A stretch of 64,000 nucleotides of DNA. It comes from Mobula hypostoma (lineage: Eukaryota). Where the stretch lies: contig NC_086108.1 of NCBI RefSeq assembly GCF_963921235.1, forward strand, positions 70,000,001 to 70,064,000. The letters run 5' to 3'. Below, piece by piece: positions 52,101 to 64,000 of this stretch (position 1 is the stretch's first letter; each line of letters opens with the position of its first letter). The notes below the pieces were generated by a model. The model saw nothing but the letters and a program-made list of their open reading frames with translations, was not told the origin of the DNA and did not search any database. Made by a program: the position numbers and the translations under genes.

Positions 52101-53965
52101 GACAGTGTTGCAAGCACTCAGAATGCTCTTCACGGTACATCTGTAGAAATTTGCTAGAGTCTTTAGTGACATACCAAATCTCCTCAACCATTAATGAAAT
52201 ATAGCTGCTGGCGTACCTTCTTCTTGAGAGGCAGGCCATGGTACAAAGCAGCTCCAGCCACCCACACAACTTCAACCCATTGCAATTCCTATTACAAACA
52301 ACAGTGGACACTCTCTGCTGGCCCTATACTCATCTCTGGAACGTCTGAATAATAAACACATTTATGTCAGATTCCTGGTTACTGACCAAAGCTCCACTTT
52401 CAATACCATAATTCCAAACAAATTCCTTTCCAAACTCCGAGACTCCAGATTCGACACCTCCCTCTGCAAATGGATCCTCGATTTCTTCACCAATCAGTAA
52501 GGTTAGGCAGCAATACCTCCTCCACAACTATCACTAAAATATTGGTGCCCCATGAGGCTGTATCCTCAGCCCCTTAATTTATTCCCTATCCGCTCACAAT
52601 TGTGTGAGCAGGTCTTGCTCTTACTCCATTTACAAGTCTACAAGTGACATCATCATTGTGGGCCAGATTTAAAATAACAATAAGATGGAAAAAGGAGACA
52701 GGAAGGAGATAGCTAGCCGGTGGCATGATATCAAGTCAGCAACCGCTCCCTCAATGTCAGCAAAACAAAAGTGCTTGTTATTGACCTTAAGAAGTGAGGC
52801 AGAATATACACCGTTGTCTGTATCAATAGAGCTGGGTGGAAATCGTTGATAGCTTCAAGTTCCTACCGATATCACCGAGGTTTGTCCTGCCTTAAAAGAG
52901 CTGGTTGTTGACTTCAGATAGGTGGGTGGTGCACAGGTTCCTTTTTAAATCAACAGAGGACAGAGAGCTTCAAATTCCTATGAGTAAGCATCTGTCTTGG
53001 TCCAACCATGTAGACGCTATGGCCAAGAAAGCACACTAGCGCCTCTACTGCCTCAGAAGTTTAAGGAAATACCAGAAGATATCCATTCAAGGTGAGTGGA
53101 CAGAAGTTTAAGGGGGATGTTGGAAGTAGGGTTTACTTTTAAACAGAGAGTGGTGGGTGCCTGGAATGCACTACTGGGGGTGATGGTAAAGGATGATGCA
53201 TAGGGGCATTTAAATGACTCTTAGATAGACACATGGATGTAGGAAAAATGGAGGGTTATAGGCTGTATAGGAACGATGGGTTAGATAGATCGTGGAGCAA
53301 GTCTATATAAGACTGCACAATATCATGGGCCAAAGGTTCCATACTGTACAGTTCTGTATTCAATATTCTATTAAATTTATCATTTTCCGATTGCCTTCAC
53401 CAATTCTCATTGACGCACCATAGAAAGCATCCTTTCTGTAAACATCCCAGCTTGGCATGGCAACTGGTCCACACAAGACCACAAGAAATTGTAGGGAGTT
53501 ATGAAAGTTGCCCAGTACGTCAAGAAAACCAGCCTACACTACACGACACTGACTCTTTCTACACTTCCCAATAGCTGGGCAAAGCAACCAACCTAATCAA
53601 GGGCCCTCCCCAACTCCCTCACCTTCTCTCTTTATCTCTTCTCTCCCGTTCTTTCAAGCAGAACACACAAAAGTTTGAGAACATGTACTACCAGATTCAA
53701 GGACAGCTTCTATCTCACTATTCGAAGACTCTTGAATGGACCCTCTATACGATGAAGTTAAACTCTTAATCTCTTGATCTACCTCATCAAGGCTTTTGCA
53801 CCTTATTTGTCTACCTGCAATGCGTTTTCTCTGTAAAGGTAACACTATGTACCGCACCTTTAATTTTTCATTTTGTACTTCACCTTGATGTACTTGTGCA
53901 AAGAATGATCTGTCTGGATGGCACGCAAACAAACCTTTTCACTGTATATTGGGACATGTGACAAT
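49200..53965. mobile_element. Mosaic of decayed Rex1 and CR1 fragments; possible solo LTR at about 51812-52050
   Basis: LSWANHINAMARNAHHHLCFLRRL, CFKLVDWPIF..VTDFISKCI and similar remnants. Confidence 0.6.
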
Positions 53966-54962
53966 ACCAACCCTATAACCAATTTCTCTACAATAGATAT
54001 TGATAACTAACAGCAGAGTTGTGTCAACCTCCTCTGCTAAGGTAACTTTGTAATGTGATCAAGTCTTGAATTTTCTTATCTACTATTTCTCTTGCATCTG
54101 TTTCCTGATGATAACATTCTTCTGAACTCACTCTTGCATTGAGCCACAAGCTGCCTGAGACTGTCACTATGGGAACTGTCTAGAAAAAGCCAAGATCCGC
54201 ATGTACACAAACAGAGATAAGCACAACCTTTGCCTTTGAAATTAAAGCTCATACATTATATTTTAAATAAAAGTCTTGATCAAATAGCAATTGAATATAA
54301 AGTATTTTTGCTCTAATTCATTAAAAAGTGTGTTTATCTTTCAAAGTTCAATTGTGATGAGGAACCCACAGCTAACACTAGCTATTTTTCCTGATTTATG
54401 GCTTTCCTTTTTTTAAAAAAAACTATCAATAATCATTTCAGGTGTCACCCTGGGGTTTTCAGCTTTTAGCTGTGGGTCTCAATGTAATCATTTTCGGAAA
54501 ATGGTCCTTAAAAACCTAAGCACTGTTCAATCTATATGTAACATTCTTAAATATAGCATAACTATATAACAAACCCAGATCCCCTCTGATGCATCATGTT
54601 CTGTCTTTATCATTGCATCTCAGTAAAGATCTCAGTGCAAGTATGGATCCACCACATACTGTATGTTTTTGATTTAAACCAGGGACAATCAAACCAGTGA
54701 TAAAAACACCCAAACTCCGGTGCATTTGGTGAACAGTATTCAATAATGACTTAAAGCCTGTAAAATAAATACGCCTTTCCATCTAACTTACTCTTTCATT
54801 AGGTTGTACTGTGTGAACATTATCTTCTGAAATGGTTAACTTTAATTGAGTGGTTTAACCACTATGTTTAAAGATTAAAAAGGAATTTATTTGAACATGT
54901 TACCACATGACAGGGCACTTCAATGCGCTAAACATTCATAACAAATCTACATTAATAATTAA

Positions 54963-55760
54963 TGAGCCATGAGCCAGTCCTCATCAGAGGACCAGAGGTG
55001 GAGAGGGTTAGCAACTTTAAATTTCCAGGTGTTATTACTTTGGAAAACCTCTCCTGGGCCCTGCACATAATTGCAATTACGAAGAGGGCAAAGCAGCGCT
55101 TCTGTTTCCTGAGGAGTTTGCAAAGATTCAGCATGCTATCTAAAACTTCGACAAACTTCTATAGATGTGTAGTGGAGAATACAATCACTGACTGCATCAC
55201 AGCCTGGAATGGAAACGCCAATGCCCTTGAATGGAAAATCCTACAAAAAACTAATGGATACAGCCCAGTACATCATGGGTAAAGCCCTCCCCACCATTGA
55301 GTATCTACATGAAACACTATCCCTGGAAAGCAGTATCCATCATTGGGGACCACCACCAGCCAAGTCATGCCCTCTTCTTGTTACTGCCATCACGAAGAAG
55401 GTACAAGAGCCTTGGGGCTTGCACCACCAGGTTCAGTAAAAGTTACTACCCCTCAACCATCAGGTTCTTGAACCAAATGGGATAACTTCACTCAACTTCA
55501 CTTGCCCCTTCTTTGAAATGTTCCCACAACCAATGGACTCACTTTCAAGGACTCTTCCTCTCATGTTCTCAATATTTATTGCTTAAATATTTATTATTTT
55601 TATATATTTTGTATTTGCACACTTCATTGTATTCTGCACACTGGGTGAATGCCCCAGTGGGGTGGTCTTTCATTGATGCTGATATAGTTATTTGTTGAGT
55701 ATGACAAGAAAATGAATCTCAAGTTTGTATATAGTGACATATATGTACTTTGATGATAAT
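54963..55760 (+). mobile_element. Rex1 LINE 3' part
   Basis: VERVSNFKFPG..KRAKQRFCFLRSL..HALFLLLPSRRRYKSL. Confidence 0.8.
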
Positions 55761-55781
55761 ATTGTTTATATCCCTCTAAAC

Positions 55782-55860
55782 CAGGGGTTCCCAACCTTTT
55801 TTATGCCATGGACCCCTACCATTAACTGAGGGGTCTGTGGACTGAGGTTGGGAAACTCTG
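55782..55860. mobile_element. 79-bp hAT MITE, same family as 28828-28905, opposite orientation
   Basis: TIRs caggggttcccaacc / ggttgggaaactctg. 8-bp TSD ctctaaac. Confidence 0.88.
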
Positions 55861-57014
55861 CTCTAAACATTTCCTCTTCAAGTCCACATCCAAATATCTT
55901 TTAAATGTTTTAACTGTTCCTACTTCCATGGACTTCCTTGTGCAGCTTGTTCCATTTGAAAACTTGCCTCTCAAGTTTCCTTCAAATTTTTCCGTTCTCA
56001 TACTAAACCTGTAATCTCTAGTTTTAGACTCCCCTATCCTGGGAAAAGACTCTGGCTATCCACCTTACTGATGTGTTTCATGATTTTATAAGCATCTGTA
56101 AGATCATTCCTTAGCCTTCTTTACTCCAGGATAAACAGCCCCAGCCTATCCAGCCTCTCCTCATAACTCAAGTCCTCCAGTCTTGGCAACATTTTTGTGA
56201 ATCTTTTCAACACTCTCTGTAGCTTAATCACATCCTTTCTATTCCAGAACTGAACAAGAATGATCTCACCAGCATTTAGTACAGCTGTAACATGATATCT
56301 CAACTCTTGTACTCAGTTCTTGACTGACAAAAACAAGCATGCCATACACCTTCTCCACCACCCTGTCACCACTTTCAGGGAAGTACTGACTCATACCCTA
56401 GGTCTCTCTGTTCTACGACACTCCCCAGGATCCTGCCATTCACTGCGAATATCTTGCCCTGGATTAACTTCCCAAAATACATCACATCACATCTGCCCGA
56501 GTTAAATTCCAACCGATATTACATTTTATTAGAAGCAAAAACATGTTTCAATAACGTTCTGATTCAGTCGGCACATTATCTTTGAAATCAGAGCAGGTAG
56601 TCTAATAAAGGAAATTAGAACAAAAAATTCTATTCACAAATACATAATATAATGTATAATTCTCCAAAACCCTGCAGATCATGAATCAAATAAAAATGTG
56701 AAGACTTATCTGATATGTTCAATGTAATCATATCATCATAGTAAACTGCAATGGGTTAGATTGCACTGGACCCAGACTAGCCAATGGACATAACTTTGAT
56801 GCCTTGTCACTGTGGATCAGTTCATGACATGTTCATTAAGACTCAGGCAGCGTAACCTGAAGTCCCATCCAGGAACTAGCCTGATGGCCTTCTGAAGAAT
56901 TACGCTGCTGGAGTTTCCTAATGACCAAACATTTAAAACCAACAGAAAAATGCAACTTTTTAAAATTATAAAATATTTAACATTCAAAAATAAAATACCT
57001 TAAATTACCATTAA

Positions 57015-57985
57015 TGAATTGAATTGAATTGTCTTTATTTCTTAGATCCTTCACATACGGGAAGTAAAAATCTTTACGTTTTGTCTCCGTCTAAATGTGC
57101 AATGTGCAATTTATAGTAATTTGTAATAAATACTAGTAGTAAATAGTATGTAGAACAGGACAGTCAATATAGCTTAGAAATACAGTTGTATCAGCAAGAA
57201 TTAATCAGTCTGATGCCCTGGTGGAAGAAGCTGTCCCGGAGCCTGTTGGTCCTGGCTTTAATGCTACGGTACTGTTCTCCAGATGGTAGCAGCTGGAACA
57301 GCTTGCGTTTGGGGTGACTCATGTCCCCAATGATCCTTTGGGCCCTTTTTATGCATCTGTCTCTGTAAATGTCCTGAATAGTGGAAAGTTCACATCTACA
57401 GATATGCTAGGGTGTCCGCACCACTCTCTGCAGAGTCCTGCGACTGAGGGAAATACAGTTCCCATACCAGGCAGTAATACAGCCAGTCAGGATGCTCTCA
57501 ATTGTGGCCCTGAAGTCCTTAGGATTTGGGGACTCATGACAAACTTCTCAACCATCCAAGGTGAAAGAGGCGCTGTTGTGCCTTTTTCACCACACAGCCA
57601 GTACGTCCGGACCACATGAGATCCTTGGTGATGTGGATGCCGAGGAACTTACAGCAGTTCACCCTCGCGGCCCCAGATCCATTGATGTCAATAGGGGTTA
57701 GCCTGTCTCCATTCCTTCTGTAGTCCACAACCAGCTCCTTTGTTTTTGTGACATTGACATTGTTTTCTTGACACCACTGTGTCAGGGTAATGACATCCTC
57801 TCTATGTAGACTGCCTCGTTATTATGTGAGGTAGGGCCAATCAATGTAGTATTGTCAGTAAATTTAATTAGCAGATTGGAGCTGTGGGTGGTGACACAGT
57901 TATGGGTATACAGAGAGTAAAGGAGGGGGCTTAGGACACAGCCCTGAGGGGCTCCTGTGTTGAGGGTCAAAGGGGCAGAGGTGAT
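57015..57985 (-). mobile_element. Rex1 LINE 3' part
   Basis: TGAPQGCVLSPLLYSLYTH..KFTDNT; KKAQQRLFHL. (caatt)n tail. Confidence 0.85.
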
Positions 57986-59389
57986 GGACTGAAAAAATAA
58001 ATATAAACCAAACTAAAGGAAAAGGGCACCACTGTAACATAGCGTTTAGCACAGCTTGGAGGGGGTCGGAGTTCAGAGTTCAATTGTGATGACATCTGTA
58101 AGGGGTCTATACATCCTCACCGTGGAATGCATGGGTTTTTTTTCCAGGTGCTCCAGTTTCTTCCCAAAATCAAGGGACGTACCGGTTGCCAGGTTAATAG
58201 GTCATTGTAAATTGCCCCGTGATTAGGCTAGGGTAAAATTGAGGCTGCTGAGCGGTGTGATTCGAAAGGCCTATTCTGTGCTGTATCTCAATAAATAAAT
58301 AAATAAACCTTGCTAATGAAGGTTGGCAACCTCATTTAAATGAATGAGGCCATGCAGGATATGCCAGCAATTATTGTCAAAGAGCTCAGGGTCAAATAAA
58401 ATGTGTATGTGCCCGTCAACCCAGCAAGTTCCAGAATGCCCTTGGACTCATTTATGAGTGTACTGGAATAGTGGTCCAGAATTCACCAATGAGTGGTCTG
58501 CAGCCAGCCAGCAGTTCCCTGTGTCAGCCCATCCCTGTTTATTGCTGGGAGTTGGAGCCTCTATACTGAATACCTCAGGGCAGAGAAAGGATATCAATGA
58601 TATCATTGGAAAGCAGTGAATCAATCATGGGTTTGCATTGCAAACGGCTCTCTATAATTCCATCGCATACATGAAATGTCATCAAATACTTGTAGGAAAA
58701 AATAGCAGGTGAACCAGGTATTAAAATAAAATTTTCACAAACACTTAACTGGAATGAAGTGTTCAACATTCCCAGGATGTAGACTTCACAATTACTGATT
58801 GGTTGTTATAATTCACACTTTTCAATAAATTTACAAAATAAATGTAGTTGGCATCTCCCATTTGCCAGACATTCATCTCCCATCTGTCATGCCATTCGGG
58901 AATTGAGAAGCATCTATGTCAATCATTGTCAGCATATTACAAATCAAAATGAAGGAAACAGAATGCTTGAATATTAAATAATAATTGTTATTCTGCTTCA
59001 TGAAGTCCAAGAAGATGTTGGTTTTTAATCGTTACCATTTTAATGGATTAGAAATTACATGTACATAGCATATTTTTAAGCAGTTTCCAAAATGTAATCA
59101 AATAAGAATCATTTTTGAATAATTAATAAAACAAGCACATTTTATTAACCATGCAGACATCAAAATAGATATTAACATGTCAAAGGATTGAATGAATATT
59201 TAATAATGCTGAAGTAATAGGACAGTCCAAGATGATGCAATTAAGAATATGGCATTTATCTCAGCAGAAACCTTGATAATCTGCAAATGTACAATAACTT
59301 GCCATTCGGTAAAGCTATGATAAATAGAGTTCTGTTATGTGTTCATAAAACATCAGCAGCCATATTTGTTATCTATTTTTAAATAACTA

Positions 59390-60839
59390 CAGACATCCCA
59401 CCTCTCCCGGGAGTTCCGGGAGTCTCCCACATATCGATAGCGGCTCTCTGATGCCCGCAAATTATATACAAAATATCTCGGAAATTGATTTTTTGGAGAG
59501 GGAAAAAAAAGAAAGAAAGAAAATGAATGAATCCTGCTTGATCTCTCTTTGTGCTAAGTAGACCGATCAGTTTTCTCTGTGGCCGGGCTTTACAGTTGAC
59601 CTCTACAGTCGACCTCTCTCTCTCTTTCTCTCTCTTTCTCTCTCTTTCTCTCTCTCTCTTCCATAGTCCATCAATTCAGTTACTGCCATCGATAATGACG
59701 CTGAACTGATCCGGACAACTGTCGGTGAAGTACAAAAGCCTGGCGAAGAAATTCCCAAGGCTGGTGGTGACAACCTGACTACACGAGGTTGTCCTATACG
59801 GGTGGGGCGCGTTGGCGTCTTAAAGGGTATTAGAGCGGGGTTTAAATTGGATTGAAGTTCCAAAATCATCCACTAAGACATCTTTAAAAATGCACTCACA
59901 GCAAGGAAATTCTTCGGATTTTTTTTTCCTGAGACACTTCCACTTACAGGTACATCGAAGCCTGCGATGGGCTAGGTTTAAGCACAGCAGTTTTCAGAAG
60001 AAAAACCGATTTTAATAAATACCTGGCCCCCACCGAGGTCTTGTCATTAGGACAGCGAACTGTTTACCTGTGCTGTGCACTTTATATGCATTTTGAATTA
60101 CACTTTATTAAATAATTTGGTAATATATTGTTTCACGTGGTGTGTATGATATATGTATTGTGGCTACACCATGGTCCGGATAGAGGTTGTTTTGTTTGTG
60201 GACAATCAGCCAGGTGACAATAAACTTGAACTTGAAGATACAGAACTTCTAAATCACTCATTTTAAATCCCCCATTTCAATGTAAAAAAGTAAGTTCTGA
60301 TCCAGACCATTGCAGGCGGTGTGTGTGGGTGTGACTACAGACGTATATGCGATCAACGTTGTCCGAATGGACGTTAAGCGGCGCACACCTGTAATAAGGA
60401 TGCACCTTATGCTTTTATTTCTTCTAGAGATCACAACATATTAGGGAGGCTAAGCGCAGGGAAGACTGCTCAAGTATTTCACAGTTCTTTTCAGCAGGAA
60501 ACCAAAGTCTGACAGAGAAGATCACGAGAGCTGAGGTGTACTTTACATCTTTCATCGTTGAGCATAACCTGCCATTCCAGGTGTGTAAGCACACAGGCAA
60601 GCTATTCAGGAAAATGTTTCCTGATTCAGAGATAGCAAAAAACTATGCCTGCTCATCAACCAATACAGCAGCTATTGTGAACATGGCCATTAAGACAGAA
60701 TTCATGTCAGCTGTCTCACAAAACACTTGTGAATCTGATGCCTTGCAAAATTAACAAATTCATTGAGAGAGACTGCTATGAGGTTGAGACTTCCGGTTGA
60801 GACCTCCCCGAAATGAGTTTTTGCAGGGTGGGGTGTCTG
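59390..60839 (+). mobile_element. Non-autonomous hAT-superfamily DNA transposon
   Basis: 13-bp TIR cagacatcccacc / ggtggggtgtctg with one mismatch. 6-bp flanking duplication taacta. Transposase remnant FIVEHNLPF...KMFPDSEIAKNYAC at 60536-60754. Confidence 0.75.
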
Positions 60840-63247
60840 TAACTATGTTCTAATTTTTCCATGTGGCATTTTTCAGCTGTTGGTGTATACATTTAATAGC
60901 TTATAGTTTCGGCAAAAAAAATCTTTTACATTGACTACCTGATTTCAATTCCCCAGGGAAAAGAAATTGAGGGACGGGTGAGAAAGGACATTCATGGAGT
61001 GAGGTGACCACAAGGGCACAGGCAAAGAGGTCTCCAGAGGAAGAGATAGAGGGGAGGAGGAAAGGAACAAATTACGTGAAAGAGACTAAGATTGTTGTGG
61101 AGTTGGGAAACGTAGTTGTAGTGAAGCAAAAGTTGGATCCTGTTGCTGCAGCCTCCCTTTGGGCTCAACATAGAGCTTTCTGCCAAAATCTTATGTGAGG
61201 ACCCTCAATATATTGAATCTCTAATCTGCTTCTGCATAGCCCAGGAGTACACATATCCATCAAATTCACTGAACTCATCACATCTTAGGGCTTTCACAGG
61301 GCTTCGATTCAATCCCCTTTAGTCTCAAGGATTGTTCAAACTTATGGAGAGCCCAGCTTCTATTTTCTCCTGCTCTTTTTTTGCTCCCCCAGTGAAGTCA
61401 TCTTTACTTTTTATTCACTTCTTGGCCTCTGCACTATAGTATTAGTAGGAATTGTTCAAGATCTATTTTCATAGCTTTTTCCGGGCAGGAAAAGTTTGAT
61501 GATATTCAGTACAATTCTTATCATTGTTTGTTTTCTTTCTCGAGATCTGTTAGCCACCACTTTCAGCGCAATAACAAGGCAAAACACTACCTTTGAAAAG
61601 TAGAGCTACACTGGGCCCAATAATAATAAATATAGAACCTCAGTGGAATTTTGAGGTTTGGACATAATCTGTTCATGACTGTTAAATGTGAGGGGAGAGT
61701 TGCCTCAGGAAAGTCCTGTTCTCAGAATCATTTTTGGCTTGTGAACATGACAGATAACACATGCATCCATCTGCCATTATTATTATTCCCACTCATGCAC
61801 CTCTGTCCAGCAGCCCATTTAAAACTACTAACTGGCTCCCACTCATTAAGCTTGAAAAGTAAACAAAAAGTTATAAGATGTTAAAATCTGTAATAAAACT
61901 TAAAATGCTTAAGATACTTCACAGGCCTGCTGCACTGGTGGATAAAGAAGTAGTTAACGTTTCAGGTCAAGTATCTTTCACCAGAGAAAACAAGCCAGGT
62001 TTATGTGACCGAGGGGAGGAGGAGTGGAAAGAACAAAGGGATTATCAGTGAGAGGGTAAAATCTAAGATTACCCAGGTGGCTGTAATGCTGTTGGTGTCA
62101 TCTAAGAGGGGGAGCTGAAAGAATGCAACAGATCACTGAGGGGGAAGAAAAGTGAATTAGCCACATCTAACACAAACAGGAACAGATGGTTTAAGAAAAT
62201 TGTTCCATTCAATACTGAGCCATGAAGCGTGCAAATACCGAAACAAAAGACGAGATAGTACCCTTCATCTACTTTGATCTTTGTCAGGAGAGTGTAGGAA
62301 CCAAAAGACAGAGAAGACCACGTGGGGGAGGTTGGAAGAAATAAAGTGATGCTCAGAGTTAACAATTCATTGAGCTGCTTGGAAATGCTGGTTCAATGTA
62401 CCAGCTCACCAATCGGATGCATACAAGGCCACAAAATAGCTGGGATCTCACTACAAGGACAAAGGTGGGATGTTTATTCCAGCCACCACCCCCACAATGT
62501 CAATCAATATAAACAAATCGAGTCTATTGTGTGAGGAGTCACAGGTGCATATCTATCTTTTAATCATGAAGCAGGAAGTGCAACCATCCTGTAATCAGCC
62601 CTCTGCTCTGCAATTTGAAAAGCAAACAGAAAACTGATTGATTCATATGAGTGCTCTGTCAAGATTTTTAAAAAAACTGGGAGCAGGTGGATATTTAAGA
62701 AATAGGATAATTTAAAACATTGCTATTAAAATGTACATTTTCTTCAAGAAAGTTATTTCATTCTGGAGTATAGTTTTCCTGTGATTTTTTTTGGTTTATG
62801 GATTTAAACCAGAAATTGACTTGGCTCCTTTTCATTTGGATGATCAATAATGTTATACTTTCCATGGAGCCATTTGTTTGCTGGTATCAAAGACAAAAAA
62901 TGAAAATGAACATTTTTCATTGTATAAACTGGATTCATAATTTAATACCTCTCTCTTGGATTTGAAACATTAAAACTGTTTATCTTTTTTTCATTCTCAG
63001 CTTCCTCATACAGTACAAAACCTTTAATAACAAACCTTTTGCTTGGTCCTTACTTCCATGTCCTTCACCCTGTCCTTATTAATTACAGCAAAATAAATCC
63101 AACAAAACTTCAAGAACAGCATCTTCTCTTCTGGCAAAGCATGTAACAATGCTTAGAACTGATCACTATTTCAGTATTAAATATATAATATATACGATTT
63201 GATTGATACAGCAAAGAAACAGATTCAAAAAAATAACACTTATAATG

Positions 63248-64000
63248 TAAACACGAGGAAATCTGCAGATGCTGGAATTTCGAGCAAGACACATAAAAAT
63301 TACTGGTGAACACAGCAGGCCAGGCAGCATCTATTGGAAGAAGTAGAGTTGACGTTTCAGGCCGAGACCCTTCGTCAGGACGAACTGAAAGAAGAGATAG
63401 TAAGAGATTTGAAAGTGGAAGGGGGAGGGGGAGGAGGAGATCCGAAATGATAGAAGACGACAGGAGGGGGAAGGGATGGAGCTAAGAGCTGGACAGTTGA
63501 TTGGCAAAAGGGATATGAGAGGATCATGGGACGAACGAGAGGCCGAGGGTGAAAGAAAGGGGGAGGAGGGAAACCCAGAGGATGGGCAAGGAGTATAGCG
63601 AGAGGGACACAGGGAGAAAAAGGAGAGAGAAAAAAATATAATAATAATAAAAGATAAATAAATAACGGATGGGGTAGGAAGGGGAGGTGGGGCATTAATG
63701 GAAGTTAGAGAAGTCAGTGTTCATGCCGTCAGGTTGGAGGCTACCCAGACGGAATATAAGGTGTTGTTCCTCCAACCTGAGTGTAGCTTCATCTTTACAG
63801 TAGAGGAGGCCGTGGATAGACATGTCAGAGTGGGAATGGGACGTGGAATTAAAATGTGTGGCTACTGGGAGATCCTGCTTTCTCTGGCGGACAGAGCGTA
63901 GGTGTTCAGCAAAACGATCTCCCAGCTTGTGTCGGGTCTTGCCAATATATAGAAGGCCGCACCGGGAGCACCGGATGCAGTATATCACCCCAGCCGACTC
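63248..64000 (-). mobile_element. Penelope-like element 3' part (GIY-YIG, pLTR, HHR core at about 63347-63383), running off the window
   Basis: ORF 63695-63988 IYCIRCSRCGLLYIGKT. Minus strand gtcCTGACGAagggtctcggcctGAAAcGTCaac. Confidence 0.9.

Noticed and set aside
38182..64000. First coding exon of RAB3B (…FDYMFKLLIIGNSSVGKTS…KLQIW)
   Set aside because: Not found by eye on the minus strand; probably outside the window, though I cannot fully exclude missing it.
1..64000. CRISPR arrays, prokaryotic operons, tRNA or rRNA genes
   Set aside because: None seen. The window is vertebrate intronic DNA and the tRNA-like segments are SINE heads or an LTR primer-binding site.

Overview
Eukaryotic vertebrate genomic DNA. 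The repeat content (CR1, Rex1, V-SINE, Neptune-type Penelope, Gmr1-like Gypsy) suggests a cartilaginous fish such as a ray or shark; this is inference. The only host gene I can support is RAB3B on the minus strand: three coding exons at 38063-38181, 26790-26914 and 4311-4498, all with GT-AG boundaries. The first coding exon was not found and probably lies beyond 64000. The introns are mostly transposons. Notable structure: (1) an 11.5-kb nest of six elements, four layers deep, at 14786-26265, resolved from target-site duplications (TSDs); (2) several Penelope-like elements carrying minimal hammerhead ribozymes (HHRs), some sense to the RAB3B transcript, including an 88-bp perfect palindrome about 0.9 kb downstream of the stop codon; (3) about 180 bp of ~72% GC foreign DNA inside the TSDs of a Nimb/I-type LINE; (4) a young, internally deleted Gmr1-like LTR element; (5) inverted Penelope copies bracketing RAB3B exons. 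Most short ORFs in the track are spurious or transposon debris. I cannot demonstrate a wholly new system from sequence alone. The best candidates are the HHR/Penelope observations and the captured sequence. TSD, exon and LTR coordinates were counted by hand; boundaries of old repeats are approximate.
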